From assembly GCF_009914755.1 (NCBI RefSeq), contig NC_060942.1: 64,000 nt of DNA. One strand, written 5' to 3'. Positions 23,855 to 36,480 of the stretch are shown here, piece after piece; the stretch's first letter is position 1, and each line of letters starts with the position of its first letter. The stretch is from the human T2T-CHM13v2.0 reference genome, Homo sapiens. A model generated the notes under the pieces. That model was not told where the DNA came from. It ran no database searches and saw nothing but the letters and a program-made list of their open reading frames with translations. The position numbers were made by a program, and so were the translations under genes.

Positions 23855-25039
23855 TCTTCCATCTCCAATCTCCTCTTGCATTTCACCTGTATCTCCCTCT
23901 TGGCTCACTGCAATCTCTCCTGATTCTAATGTTGGTAAATGTGCCTTCTTACCCTCAGTCCCTTCAGGGTATAGTCTGCGTCTGATCCGTTGTGGCATCC
24001 GTCATAGCTCCCAGCTCAATGTTGACTATGCTTGTGGAGTGAATGAATCAATTGTGGTTATCTATGATTATGTTAAATCTCTCCTATTATCTCAGACGGT
24101 CTGTGACTACAGCAAATATTTTTTGATCCATCTTTACTCAGGGTATTAATCATATATCCAAATACACATCCGTATAAAACTCCCCTTTATGTGAATGCAC
24201 ACATCCCAAAATAATTGTATATGCACTTCACGCATACTCTCCTTCAATACCTCCTCTCCACCCTCAGAAAATAGATCAAGTTCCCCATTTCTTATGATTT
24301 AATCTTTACTAGCTTTCTCTTAAGTTTCGCCTCTTTGGAATAAGTAGACAGTAAAAATTCAAGATGGTCCCTATTATTCATTCAATTAATCCCTTCTATT
24401 CCTTCCCTCCATTTCATTCATCTATTTCATTTATTTCTTCATTCATTAGACATTCATTCATTAGATATTCATTGAATACTATGTGCTGCGCTAAATCAGT
24501 TCCTGGTGTGACTTCAGACAAGTCCTTCTGAGGCCTCAGTTTCCCCATGAGCAGAATGAATTAAATATTACATTGCTGGCTTTAGAAACATCATCTGGGT
24601 TGTTCCTCCAGATCTGACATAAATCCATGGGTCTGCCTCCTTTAAGCTCCCAGGGGGCAAATCTGGAGCGTGAGCAGGGAAAGGGTCTCCAGGGGCTTCA
24701 CACCCTCAAGTCTATTTGTGCATTGACTTTCCCTCCTGTTCCAACCCTGGGTCAGCTCGTGCTTAATGCCGGTGACTCTGCTCCTCTGGGGAGCTGCCTT
24801 GGGCCCAGCCCAGCTGCCCCATTCCTCCAGGGTTATGGGCCTCTATGGCCTTGACGTCAGTCCCCATCACTGTTGTGCCCTTGGGGCTTTTACTTTAGTG
24901 CTAGATGCCAGCAGCACCCCTATAGTCTCCACCACCTCCCCTTCCCAGAAGGGAACTTGCCTGGACACACAGGTCTTCACGTTCTGTCAGCGATTCTAAG
25001 GGTTACCTATCTGCTCACTGACAGCCACATTATCCTTAT

Positions 25040-25078
25040 TCACACACACACATGCACACACACACACACACACACACA
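25040..25078. repeat. (CA)n microsatellite
   Basis: CACACACACACATGCACACACACACACACACACACACA, followed by CA-rich low complexity to about 25260. Confidence 0.9.
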
Positions 25079-25764
25079 GGCAGGCAGATGCACATGAATC
25101 TGCGTTTGCAACACACATGCACTGATACATACATAAGGCTTGCAAATATTGCCCGTAAAATCAACACATGCTTGTGCAACCATAAACTTCAGGTGTGCAC
25201 ACATTTTATACACATATAGGCACACACATACACAACATACACATGAGCATACGCACCCTAAAATCATGGAAAACATGAGATAGACACCAGTCTTTAGACA
25301 TCTGCAGGACTCCACGTGTAAGGCACTTTGCTCCATGCTGTGTGGGATACAATGAGTGAGGATGTGCACTTGTGCATGCGTATGCACACCCTGAGCTTAT
25401 ACACCACCTTTCTTCACTCTCTTTCACACCCCTTCCTTTATTACTGGCATTGCAGGTGGCTGCTTACAGCAATTTGCGTTTGTTGCATGTATTTACAGAT
25501 AAGCCTGGACTTTTGTGCTAAAATAAAACTTCAATTTGAATCCGGAGCCCTGCTGTCCAAGATCTAAATGTTGCAGGACTGCGTGTTGGTGATAAGTGCC
25601 CAGGTCCTTGGCTTGACCACTTAGCTGAACACTGGCCTCGGCCATCAGAGGAGGCCAGGGGTAAAGAAGCACTTTCTGCCCCTGGAGAGACAAGCATACC
25701 CATGACTATAGCAACAAGACAGTGCACAGCTCTGCAGTCGGACTGAGTCAAATGGTAATGATTA

Positions 25765-25945
25765 GTTCGGTGACCTTGGACAAGCTCATATCAACCTTGC
25801 CAAGCCTCAGTTTCCTCATCTATGAAATGAGTCAATGATGGCCCTTCTTCATAGTGTTGTTGTGAGGACCAAAAGAGGATAAGCTAAGTGTTAGCAGAGG
25901 GCCTGTCACGGTGTAAGTGCCTAATAGAACTGTTAGCTATTATTA
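25765..25945 (+). mobile_element. MIR SINE
   Basis: GTGACCTTGGACAAG...AGCCTCAGTTTCCTCATCTATGAAATG...GTTGTTGTGAGGA...TGTTAGCTATTATTA. Confidence 0.88.
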
Positions 25946-26441
25946 CCAGATGGAGTATACACACAAAATATGCTGTCTGCACAGAAGGTAGAAGGGAGCA
26001 AGTGAACTCCTTACAGGGCAGGGAGAAGCTGGTGCATTCTCGAGTTGCTTCAACTTGATCTTGGCCTCTCTCTCTCTGCTTCCCTTACTGGTACTAGCCA
26101 CAGCCCACTGGCTTCTGAAAGGACTACTCTTTTGGCTGAGTTATAAGGTCTTCACTGTGGAACAACTTTGTAAGTCTTTGGTGGCATTTCCTTGGGCTGG
26201 GAGGCCTCAGTGGAGGGTGCTATCATAGCTGGAGACCACTGTGACTTCTAGAACCTTCTCCGAAGGCCTCCTTCCCTACATCGATAAACAGTGGAGTTGT
26301 TGGTGCTGCGAAGGCCACATGCATTAGGACAGGTCTCCAGGCCTATTTTTCCATCATTTGTCCACTTGGGGAAGTGTAATTTGCCTTAGTTTCCCCATCT
26401 CTGTAAGAATGTGGAATAAAATGCTGAGGGAGGTTTATACT

Positions 26442-27771
26442 TGTAATATTGGAAAATATATATTTGGCCTGTCACATCATTTCCTGGCAGACAACTCCTA
26501 AAATCCTTAGAATCTCCAAAGTGATTCTTTGTATGCTAATAAGCTCACTAATGGCTGGCAGCCTTCAAGTAGTTTCAGGATGGGAGTTGGCCAGTGGAAA
26601 GACCAAGGCAGGATTAGAGGATTGGGACTTTCAGCTCCGTCCCATAACTTCAGGGGACGGGTGAGAGTCTGAAAGTTAAGTTGATTACCAATGGCCAATG
26701 ACTCAATCAATCAAGCCTATATAATGAAGCCTTCATAAAAACCCCAAAGGACAGGATTTGGAGAGTTTCTGGGATAGCCGAACATGCAGAGGTTCCCAGA
26801 CCGTGGCAACTCTTCGTTGAAACTCTTTGACCCTCCCCTGATACCTCGCCCTATGCATCCCATCATCTGTATCCTTTGTGATATCCTTTATAATGAACTA
26901 GCAAATGTAAGTGTTTCCTTGAGTTCTGTGAGCCTCTTTAGCAAATTAATCATGAAGCCAGTTGGTCAGAAAACTGGGAGGCCCGGGCTTGAGACTGGTG
27001 TCTGAAGTAGGGGCAGTCTTTGGGACCAAACCTGTTACAGTAGGTAGCTAGTCAGGTATAAGCAGGGCAGGAGAAGGCTCTCCAACCAACACACACCGGA
27101 AGTGTTGGGCAGCCATCAGGTGATGGTCAGGCGATTGTTAATTGTTCCTCTAAAGTAATAATTGATCACAGCTGGCACCAGGGAAAGGCAGTCTCCTAAT
27201 AGCTAGAGATAGAAAACACCTGAAACTGATCAGCAGCTTCCCAATAAGATCTCAAGAGTGGGGAGAAGTTACGCAAGATCCCAGAAGTATGCCAATGTAT
27301 GAAACCCCAAGTCAAGTGGTCAACACACTTGGTTTCTGAAGCTGCCTGCTTGGCTCTCTTCCAAGAGAACTTTCCTTCCTTTCTTTCCTTTCCTTACTGT
27401 TCTAAAGCTTTTTAGTAAACTTCCACTCCTGCTCTGAAACTTGCCTTGGTCTCGTTTTCTGCATTATGCCCCGCAGTCAAATTATTTCTTCTGAGAACTG
27501 AAGTTGCGGCAGACCTGTACAGATTCACTGCCGGGAACTCAGATACCTTTCACTGGTAACAAACCCTCAACCTTTGGGATCTGACACTATCTGCAGGTAG
27601 ACAGTGTCAGAATTGAATTGGAGGGCACCTAGCTGGTATCTCCTGCAGAACTGGTTGCTTGCTTGGTGTGTGGGTGAGAAAAACCACACACATTTGGTCA
27701 CACAAGGCTTTTGTGTTGATTGTTGTGGTGTGAGAGCAGAGGAAAGTACAGTTTGTGTTTTTCCACTCTCA
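26442..27771 (+). mobile_element. MER21-family (MER21B-like) solo LTR, split by a nested LTR
   Basis: GGAAAGACCAAGGCAGGATTAGAGGATTGGGACTTTCAGC and CCAATGGCCAATGACTCAATCAATC before 27032. The sequence resumes CCTCAACCTTTGGGATCTGACACTATCTGCAGGTAGACAGTGTCAGAATTGAATTG after 27562. Confidence 0.82.
27033..27561 (+). mobile_element. ERV1 solo LTR (MER87/MER50-like) nested in MER21
   Basis: TGTTACAGTAGGTAGCTAGTCAGG...CTGGTAACA with TG...CA ends. Exact 4-bp TSD AACC at 27029-27032 and 27562-27565. Confidence 0.85.
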
Positions 27772-28246
27772 ATCCTAGCTTTGGATGGATGATAGGGATT
27801 TGGTGAAACCCAGGGAAAAGCACCCAAGACCTTGACCAAAAAGTCAAACTTGTTACTAAACAGGCAGACTGTCCAGCCAGCCAACCAAAAAGCAAAATGA
27901 CAGAGTGGAGCACAGCCAGACCTCACACAGCAAGGCAAATGCTGGGGAGTTTACAGAACACAGGACCAGGGCCACTAGGGAGGGAGTGCTTGGGTCTCTA
28001 ATCATACCATGTGAACCTCTCTGCACACCCCAACATTGCTACTTAGGGTACAATGAACATCGTTGACAGCCTTCAAGGGGCACATAAAGTGCAAAAGGCC
28101 ACTCTGAAAGAATTGGAGGAGGGAGAGAAGCAGTATCTCCCTCCCCACCACTCCCTGTCCCGAACCTACTCCAACAGCTTGTCTTGGTGATGAGAAATGA
28201 CAGGGCAGAGACTTGGGGGATGTGCTCCTGGGCTGACAATGGGAGT

Positions 28247-28981
28247 TGCTATGAATTGAATGTTTGTTTCCCCCTAAATTTCTATGTTGCAACCCTAGAC
28301 CCCAGTGTGATGGTATTTGGAGGTGTGGGGCCTTTGGGAGGTAATTAGGGTTAGAAGAGGTCATGAGGGTGGGGCCCCCATGATGGGATTAGTTTCCTTA
28401 TAAGGAGATGAAGGGATCAGCACTTCTCAGTCTGCCACATGAAGATACAGTGAGAAGGTATCATCTGCAGGCCAAGAAGAGGGCTCTCACCAGAACCTAA
28501 CCATGCTGGCACCCTCATCTCAGACCTCCAGCTTCTAGAAGTGTGACAAACAAATGTTTGTTTGTTGTTTTGACCACCCAGTCTATGGCAGCAGTCCCCA
28601 ACATTTTTGGCACCAGGGACTGGTTTCATAGAAGTCAATTTTTCCAGTCAGGGGTGGTGGAGGTGGTGGGAGGGATGGTTTTGGGATGAAACTGTTCCAC
28701 CTCATTATTAGGCATTAGATTTTCATAAGGAGTGCACAACCTAGATCCCTCAAATGCATAGTTCACAATAGGGTGCATGCTCCTGTGAGAATCTAATGCC
28801 ACCGCTGATCTGACGGCAGGCAGGGCTCAGGTGGTAATGTGGTAATGCTCTCTTGCATGGCACTCACCTCCTGCTGTGTGGCCCAGTTCCTAACAAGCCA
28901 CAGACCGCTACAGGTCCATGGGCTGGTGATTGGGGATCCCTGGTCTATGCTATTCTGTTATAGCCCGAGATGACTAAGACA
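28247..28981 (+). mobile_element. MaLR solo LTR MLT1A-like, split by MER1B
   Basis: TGCTATGAATTGAATG...GGGCCTTTGGGAGGTAATTAGG...CCATGCTGGCACCCTCATCTCAGACCTCCAGC...GACTAAGACA. Flanks GGAGT/GGTGT. Confidence 0.85.
28589..28942. mobile_element. MER1B hAT-Charlie MITE
   Basis: CAGCAGTCCCCAACATTTTTGGCACCAGGGAC...TTGGGGATCCCTG TIRs. 8-bp TSD GTCTATGG (28581-28588) / GTCTATGC (28943-28950). Confidence 0.92.
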
Positions 28982-29807
28982 GGTGTGTATATACATCAGC
29001 CATGGCCAGCACTAGCTGCAACCTTCTCTTCGAGCCTCTCGCTCCTCTGTCAGAAGCTTTGTCTTTCAGCAACCAAGGGCCCACAAGCCTCAAAGCAGCA
29101 ATCTCTGGCCCAGAGTGTCTGCTCAAAGCATTGTCGTCTGGAGAGAGCCTCCAAAATATCCCAAGAGCAGGTGGGAACCGAACCTGGAGCAAAGCCTTCA
29201 GCCCTCAGTGTAGGCAGCTTTGCCTTTGGAGGGTGGTCAGGGGACAAAGATTTGGATCCCATTGCACAGATGGGGACTGCCCAGAGCCATATGGCATAGA
29301 AGAAGACTTCTCTTCCTGGCCAGGACTTGTTGATGTGATATTATAGTAGGCTGAGCCCTTGCCTCTGTGCCCGGCCACATCCATCTCTAATTGCGCAGGT
29401 GTGAGAGGTCTGTGGGAGTGCTTCCTGCCCTTATAAACAGGAGCTCTTTCTTCCATGGAGTTTCACTGGCAGAAGCCCCTGAAATCTGCTGTTGCTTATT
29501 AACAAGGTAGTTGTTGTGTTGAGGCCAGTCTGGAAACTTAGTTTAGACTTGGGGATTAGGACAACTAGTTTCTAGCCCTGTAATAACAGAAATCTCTATC
29601 TGGATCCCCCAACTGACTGAGCTGGTTGGCGTTCATGGAAACCATTGACAAGAAAGAAGACAGAACAAGTGAGGTGTACCTTGGACCCTTCCCACTTCTC
29701 TTTGCAGCCCTTTAGTGGGTTTGCCGCCCCCCTGCCTTTTTCTTTTTTCTTTTTTTTGCCCTCCTGCTTGTCAGATCCCCTGAAGTCTGATCTTAGTCCT
29801 GTGCTCT

Positions 29808-30407
29808 TGAAGGAAATAATGTATACAGTGGTTCATTTCCAAGACAAAGCACCTTGAATCAGCTTAGGTCAGTAAACTGGAGAAGAAACAGGATGTACTA
29901 GGCCCCTGCTTGGATAGCAGATGCCTACTTGTCGACCTCCCCTGCCCCACCACTCTGCCCCCAACTTAGTTGCTCTCACCTGAAGCAAAGAAGTTTAGTC
30001 TAAAATGAAAGTTTACTAGCCTGCAAAATAGCTCGTTTTTTCTGTTCTTATCAGCCTGCTTAGCTACTTAGGTCATAAGTCAAATACTTGAAGAGCCCCT
30101 AAGTTAACTGGGATTGCAATGCATTGTGGACTGCAATAAAATGCAGCAAGATAACCCTAAGAAAAACACATAAAGCCCCTACCTAACAATCAGTAGGAAA
30201 GATTGTAACCCAGTAGTACTCAGCCTATGAGGAACCGAGGGAGGGACCTGCGCACTAGGGGATAAATTGCTTGTTGTGGCCATGCTGGGTGTGCCTGCCC
30301 ATCAGACCCCCGAACTTGCAAGACCATCATTAAAAGTCTCACTTTCACTGTTCTCCAGGTCTCTAAGTCCATTCTTTGGGTTTGGATGGGTAAGTTTGTT
30401 TCGCACA
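29808..30407 (+). mobile_element. ERV1 solo LTR, LTR9-like
   Basis: TGAAGGAAATAATGTATACAGTGG...GTTTCGCACA, 600 bp. Exact 4-bp TSD CTCT at 29804-29807 and 30408-30411. ATTAAA polyA signal near 30328. Confidence 0.82.
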
Positions 30408-31984
30408 CTCTGAACCACACCTTTACCATCAATGTCCCAGATTACTAGAGTTTAACTTCTACAGAGAACTTCCAGCTGGACTTATCTTTGAAAGAACCTA
30501 AGAAACATAAGTCCTGTTATGCTGTAAAATTTTATGAGGTTGTAACATGCAATTCCTTCCTGTGGTTAATTACATATTGATAGGGGCAAGGTCTTAACCA
30601 AAAAGGCAGACTTCCCAAGTAACAGAATTTTAGGCATTAAGAAGTGGTAAGTCAGGAGTCCCTAGAATCTTGGCAGACGTTTTATGCCTTTCAGACAAGT
30701 CCTAGTTAGTGTTTCCTTCCCAGTGCAGACACCATCAGTTTGCTTCGTGGTGTCAAATAAAGCTCCACCTGTAGCTCAATGGCCCATTGCTCATAGTCAA
30801 AATAGAAAGGAGAGAGACCAGTGTTACTGAGTCTAGTACTACTTGGTGAGGTCCAGGAGTTGGAGAAAGTTTTCTTATATATCTGCATGAGGCACCTGGA
30901 TCAATAAACAGGTTTTTAAAATTGTTATTCATTTTACAACTCAATAAAACTTAATTATGAGAAAGGAAGGCAAGCAGAAGCCATGCTCACATAATATTGT
31001 ATTCCTCGCAGCAATTCCTGCGGGGCCTTCACACTTGCATCAAAATGTAGAACAAACCAAATTACGGAGACTATTCAGAATTCATTTAAAAACATCATTG
31101 AGGAGCATCATAATAAAAACACAATGAAAATGACAAGCTTGGGCTGTTAATTTGTAGCACTGTGTGTGTTTATGGGGGTCTGTATGCATGCATACATGTG
31201 GGTGTGAGGTACATGTGGCTTCATTAGCTTTGCAGGGAGTAGCAGGGACCAAGGGCTAGAGGGTTTGAGGCAATGGATTGGAATAGCCTGTCCCAAAGGG
31301 GCATGGAGAGGGATTGGGGACTGTTGGGAAGTACCTGCAGCCCTGTTTTCTGCTTGGCCAAAGGTAAGCCAGGCAGTGTTGGGGCTTGAGTCCCAGATCA
31401 GGATCTGGGTGGTGGGGGGATGAGGGGCAGCCCAGGGGTTGGGCTCAGGGAGTGCCCAGTTGTCTGCGTCTCACTCACTGTGTTTGGCCAGGTGAGCCTT
31501 CCTGTCCCCACCTGCAGACAAAGAGCCCCATGTTCTGATTAGCTGTGGTTCCAATAGGGAGCACCCAGTAAGTGCTGATGGCTCAGGGGCATTTCATTGT
31601 GTGCCGACCACCAGCTGATCAGTTGACAGCTGAGTGCCTGTCATTCAAACCCAGCAGACTCCAGTGTGGGTGCCTGTCCTGTGAGGGGCTCAGACCCTCT
31701 GTCAGAAGCCTACCCAGCCTTTTCTGGATCTAGGGTGCCTGACCTCTTGGTCTTAGCACCTGACCTCTTGGTCTTGGAAGGGAAGGACTTGTGCCTACAG
31801 CCTTAGTTTAATTCCTGCATCTTGGGCTCCTCTCACCCTACTTCAGCTTCTCTCTCACCAACTTCCTGCTTCCTTCCTCCTGGGCCTGCCCTGCCCTGCC
31901 CTTTTGTTGCCTGAGCCTCAATATGTTGGATTGAAGTTAGTCTCACCCCCATCCCCCAATCCCATGTGGCCACTTTTCCTGTTG

Positions 31985-32160
31985 GGACCTTGAGCCCATT
32001 GCTTTGGGCCTCAGTTTACTCATCTGGAAATCGGGTGTCATTAAGTATGCCTTCCCTCCCTCCAGGAGTGTTTCCCAAATTAATTCTCTTAATTAATTAA
32101 GTAAAGCGCTTTGAGATGCTTAGACAAAAGGTGCACTAGAAGTGCAAATTATTATTTATT
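31985..32160 (+). mobile_element. MIR-family SINE (MIR3/MIRc-like)
   Basis: GGGCCTCAGTTTACTCATCTGGAAATCGGG core and GTAAAGCGCTTTGAGATGC...GTGCAAATTATTATT tail. Confidence 0.7.
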
Positions 32161-32478
32161 CTTAATGAACACTTCTTTGGAGAAAATTTACTCCTGATTC
32201 TGAAGGGGAAACACAGGGGACCCCAGGGGAGGAGAAAATGACAAGGTTTTTTTTTTTATTTGTTTGAGGGGAGTAGAAGAGAAGGGGAGGTTATTATATG
32301 GGATTTTTCACTGGTAGGCTAATAGAGAATTAGCCAAGCATTCTTTCCACTGCTCTGCAGTGCTGCCTCAGCCAGTATTGTTCACCCATGAAAGTGCAAA
32401 GGTGGACAGCTGCAAAGACAGAATGATTTTTAGATTCCAATTGCAATCTGGTTTTAGGACTAGGAAGTCATCAGTATT

Positions 32479-32978
32479 AGAGAGAGATGGAGGAAGAGAG
32501 AAGAGAGAAGGGGAGACAGAAGAGAGAGGGAGAGCAAGGAGAGAGAGAAGAGACAGGGAGAGTCAGGAAAGAGGGAGAGAGAGGAAAGGAAAGAGGGAGA
32601 CAGAGAAAAGAGAAGGAGAGAGAGGGATGAGAGGAAGAGAGGAAAGAGTAGGAAAGAAAAGAGAGAGGGATGAGAAAGAGAGAGAAGAGGGATGAGAGGG
32701 GAAAGAGGGAGAGAGAGAGAAGAGAGGGATGAGAGGAGGAGAGAGGAAAGGGAGAAAAGAGAGGAAAGAGAGAGGAAAGGAGGAGAGGGAGAGAAAAATG
32801 AGAAATGAAGAGGGAAGACAGGAAAAGGGAGAGAGGAAAGAGAGGGGGAGAAGAATGAGATGAGAGGGAAGAGAGGAAGAGGAAGAGAGAAATGACAGAG
32901 GGAAAAGAAAGAGGGAGAGAGGAAAGAGGGATGGATTAGAGAGGTAAAGAGAGGGAGAGGGAAGGAGAGAGAGAGAGA
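32479..32978. repeat. About 500 bp GA-rich polypurine low-complexity tract
   Basis: Almost exclusively G/A on the + strand, built from GAGAG/GGAAA/GGGATGAGAG units. Confidence 0.95.
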
Positions 32979-34069
32979 TTGATTTTCAGTGTATATTGTT
33001 ACCACTGTGGTTACTCCAGGAGAGAGGACACATGGAAAGGGCTATTTGTTGGGACTTCCAGCTGTTCCGTATGTATTTATCAGCCAGATTCTAGCCCCCT
33101 GGGCACCCTCTGAGTTTCCTTCCAGTTCTGACCATACCTGGACTTCTAGCAAGCTTCCTTCCCTCCCCTTTTCCTTCCTGGGCCCGGACCTGAGCCAAAG
33201 TGTAAAGTTTGCATATTTCATCTACAGTGCTCCTGCCTCCCTGCTTTACCATCTCCTCCATCTGAGACCCCATTATCTCCAACCAGGCCCATGATTATCT
33301 TCCCCACTCCCTTCAAAACCTCATCTCAGGAAATGTGTGCGTGCATGTATGTGCATGCATGTGTGCATGTGTGTGTTTGCAGGGGTCACATGATTTATTT
33401 CATTCACATGAGGGTAAATGACCCAGGGCAATGCAACAGGGCTTCTTTTTTCAGGGGTATTTGTACCTCAACAGAGATCAACTTGTATAATCAAACAACT
33501 TACTTTTGGGGCCTAGAACCGGGAAGGAAGAAGGAATGGGAAGGAGCTTTAGTTATTTCCTTTCTATGTCTTTGTATAGTTTGACATTTTTTCCAGTGAA
33601 GATGCATGATTTTTATTATCATGGTCTCCTATCTCAAGTAGATGAACAAGCAGCCTAAAGAGGACATTTAAGGCATCAGCCAGAGGCAGTTAGCCATTCT
33701 TCTCCTTGACAGTCCCAACCCTCTGAAGTCACCTGCCTGGCATGGGAGCTGCTCCTGGGCTGACCTGTGAAGACAGGAGGTTGGTCAACAAGGCCAGAGA
33801 AGGGGGAAGTAAACTGGGTGGGGCAAATGGGGAGAGAGCCAAGAAACGCCTCCTGAAGCCCTTGTAGAATCTGGATTTTTGCGAGGGATTGAAAGTCTCC
33901 CCGCAAGACAAAGAGCAGCTATGGCTTCTTAACTGTGACAGATGTGAATTCTACAAAGCTGTGGAAGAAACATTCTACCCGAAATGAGTGCCTGCTCTGC
34001 ATTGGCAGGATTTGGACAGTTTCTGCCCCTGGAGAGACAGAACTACAGGATGACTTGGGTGGTCACATA

Positions 34070-34305
34070 GGTGGGCGCTGGAGGCAGAGGGCCCAGATTT
34101 GAATTACAGTTTTGTCACTTGCTTTCTAGTAACCTTGGGCAAGTTACTCAAGCACTTTGGACATCAGTTTTCTCGTCTGTAAGGTGGGAGTAATAGTAGC
34201 ATCCACCTCACAGGGATGTTGTAAGCATTAAAGGAGTCAAAAGGGTACATGCACTTAGAACATCAGCTGGCACATGGAACATGCTATATGTTCATTAGCC
34301 ATTAG
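34070..34305 (+). mobile_element. MIR SINE
   Basis: AACCTTGGGCAAGTTACTCAA...CATCAGTTTTCTCGTCTGTAAGGTGGG...CCACCTCACAGGGATGTTGTAAGCATTAAA. Confidence 0.88.
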
Positions 34306-35006
34306 GAGAGTTGACGAAATTGTAGCTTTTTGTCTCTGAGTGCAGTGGGGCTTGGGCTGGCCTAAGCTGGTATGCAATGTGAGTTCAGGTCTGTTAATGC
34401 ATGCATGGAAGACAGGGGCTGTCCTTAGTCTACCTGCATGGGCACTGAGGAACTCCTGGGGATGAAGCCCTTCTGAGGTAGAGCATGTATTGTAGGTCCA
34501 GGTCTGTCAAAGGAGTGTGATTCTGTACAATGACTGGTTTTCAGACTGACCCCCTCCTGGTCCTCAAGACCCAGGCCTGGTTCCTAGAGAGGCTAGAGGC
34601 TGCAGGGAAGGAACGAACAAGCAAAATTGATAGGAGCTGACAACAAGCATTTGTGTAAGGCACAGAGAACACCAGGCAGCAGCCTCTGCTCAGGGTCAGT
34701 AGAAGTGAGCATGGGGAAAACCTGCAGGGAGAGTCTGAGCAACTGCGCCTGACGCTGTACCCCGAGGCCTGAGCTGGGCAGAAGAGAAGACTAAAGACCA
34801 AATCTCGTGGTAACTGGGAGACATCCCCAGGACTCCTTGGCAAAAATTGGAGGTGGCAGCAGTTGCCGTAGAGTGAGTAGGATCAATCCTAGAAAAAAGG
34901 TGAGCTTGTTGTAATAAAAGGAAAAACCTAAAATGCTGTTTATGATGGCACCTGCCGTCTAAGGAGATGGGGGGCCTATTTCAGAAAAGGCCAGTTAACT
35001 CCTGTG

Positions 35007-35310
35007 AAGTTTCTCAAGCTCTTGGTGCTGAAGGAGTAGTTTTATTTAAAAAATTTTTCAATTTGTCATATACTGATACTTTTGGAGAATCAACAAAAAT
35101 GAATCATTAGAAACATGAAATTAAAAAAATGTGCAAACTACAAGCCCCAATTTTTCAAATTATTAGAATCCACAGACATAAAATTACCCCATCAAACTGC
35201 TGTGAGTTTGTAAATGCCTAATCTCAATTTCTGGACTTATTTCTTCATGGACTGGTATCAAAAGTTCAGGGCCTGCCCTGATCAATCTAGGATCAATCAC
35301 TGTGAGTCAC
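35007..35310. mobile_element. hAT-Charlie-type DNA transposon remnant
   Basis: AT-rich body with ATTATTAGAATCCACAGACATAAAATTAC...TCTCAATTTCTGGACTTAT...GGACTGG resembling Charlie MITEs. Subfamily uncertain. Confidence 0.5.
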
Positions 35311-35393
35311 ATGGGATCTGATCTCATGGAGACACTGATGTTGGGATCAGCAGTTAAGGGCTATCTGCCTCAAGACTAAGGAAGTGGGAAGAC

Positions 35394-35833
35394 TGTGTTA
35401 ATGTCCTATGGTTGCCACACTGAGTGGCTTGAAGCAACAGAAATATATTCTCTCACAGTTCTGAAGACCAGAAGTCCCAAATTAAGGTATCAGCAGGGCC
35501 GTGCTCTTGCTGAAGGCTCCAGGGAGACTCTTCCCATGTCCCTTCCTATCTTCTGGTGGCCTCAGGCAATCATCGGCCACATGACTCCAGTCTCTCACTT
35601 CATCTTCACATGGCTGTCATCTCTCTCTGTGTCTGCGTGTCCTCAAATCTCCCTCTCCTTATGAGGACACCAGTCATTAGATTTAGGACCCACCCTAATC
35701 CAATATGACCTCATCGTCATTTGATTACATCTGCAAAGACCTTATTTTCAAATGAGGTCACGTTCTGAGGTTCCAAGTGAACAAGAATCTTGGCAGGGGG
35801 CAGGGATGGGGGATTACTATTCAACTCAATACA
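35394..35833 (-). mobile_element. MaLR solo LTR, MLT1C-like
   Basis: GGCTTGAAGCAACAGAAATATATTCTCTCACAGTTCTG...GGACACCAGTCATTAGATTTAGGACCCACCCTAATCCAATATGACCTCATC...ACTATTCAAC. Confidence 0.87.
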
Positions 35834-36224
35834 GACAGCACACACAGACTCAGATGCTGGAAGCACCATGACATGGCATAAATCAGGGGATGGCTTTGGA
35901 CATGGGATTTGGAAAAGGTCTAGGCCAATTAATTATTCCTGGATCCCTACAGGGCAAGGGAGTCCTGGCTGGCTGACTTTGATCGTGGCCATCTTTATGC
36001 CCCTGGGCCCTGGTGGCCTGAGGAAGCTATTTACAGGGGCAAGAAGGGAATCCCTGTGGTACCCAGGGCGTTCTCTCTCACAGCTTCTGAGGATACAGAG
36101 AAGAGTGAGCAAGTGGAGCCTGAAGCAAAACCCATCACTCTTCATACCCAGAGTGTCCAGAAGGGCCTTGGGCAGAGTGCTAGAGGGAAGGCCAAGGTGC
36201 TGCTAAAGCCTTTCTTGTGTGTGA

Positions 36225-36480
36225 GGCAATGTTGCCCAGTGGTTAGAGAACCAGCGGTTAGAGCACCAGTGCTGGTGTCCACCTGCTGGGCTCAGTCTGA
36301 CTCTACCATTAGAAGCTTTGTAGCCTTGGGCAAATTACTTTCCTTTCAGTGCCTCATTTTCTGTATCTATAAAATGGGGGCAATAATAGCACTTGCTTCC
36401 ATGATTGCTGTAAGCAATAAATGTGATAATATATGTAAAGATCTTGGCGCATGTTGATCACTCAATCAATACTACTTTTC
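36225..36480 (+). mobile_element. MIR SINE
   Basis: CAGTGGTTAGAG head, CCTTGGGCAAATTACTT and GTGCCTCATTTTCTGTATCTATAAAATGGGGGCAATAATAGCAC. Confidence 0.85.

Noticed and set aside
32360-33005. R/E/G-rich and S/L/F/P-rich ORFs
   Set aside because: Artefacts of the GA polypurine tract.
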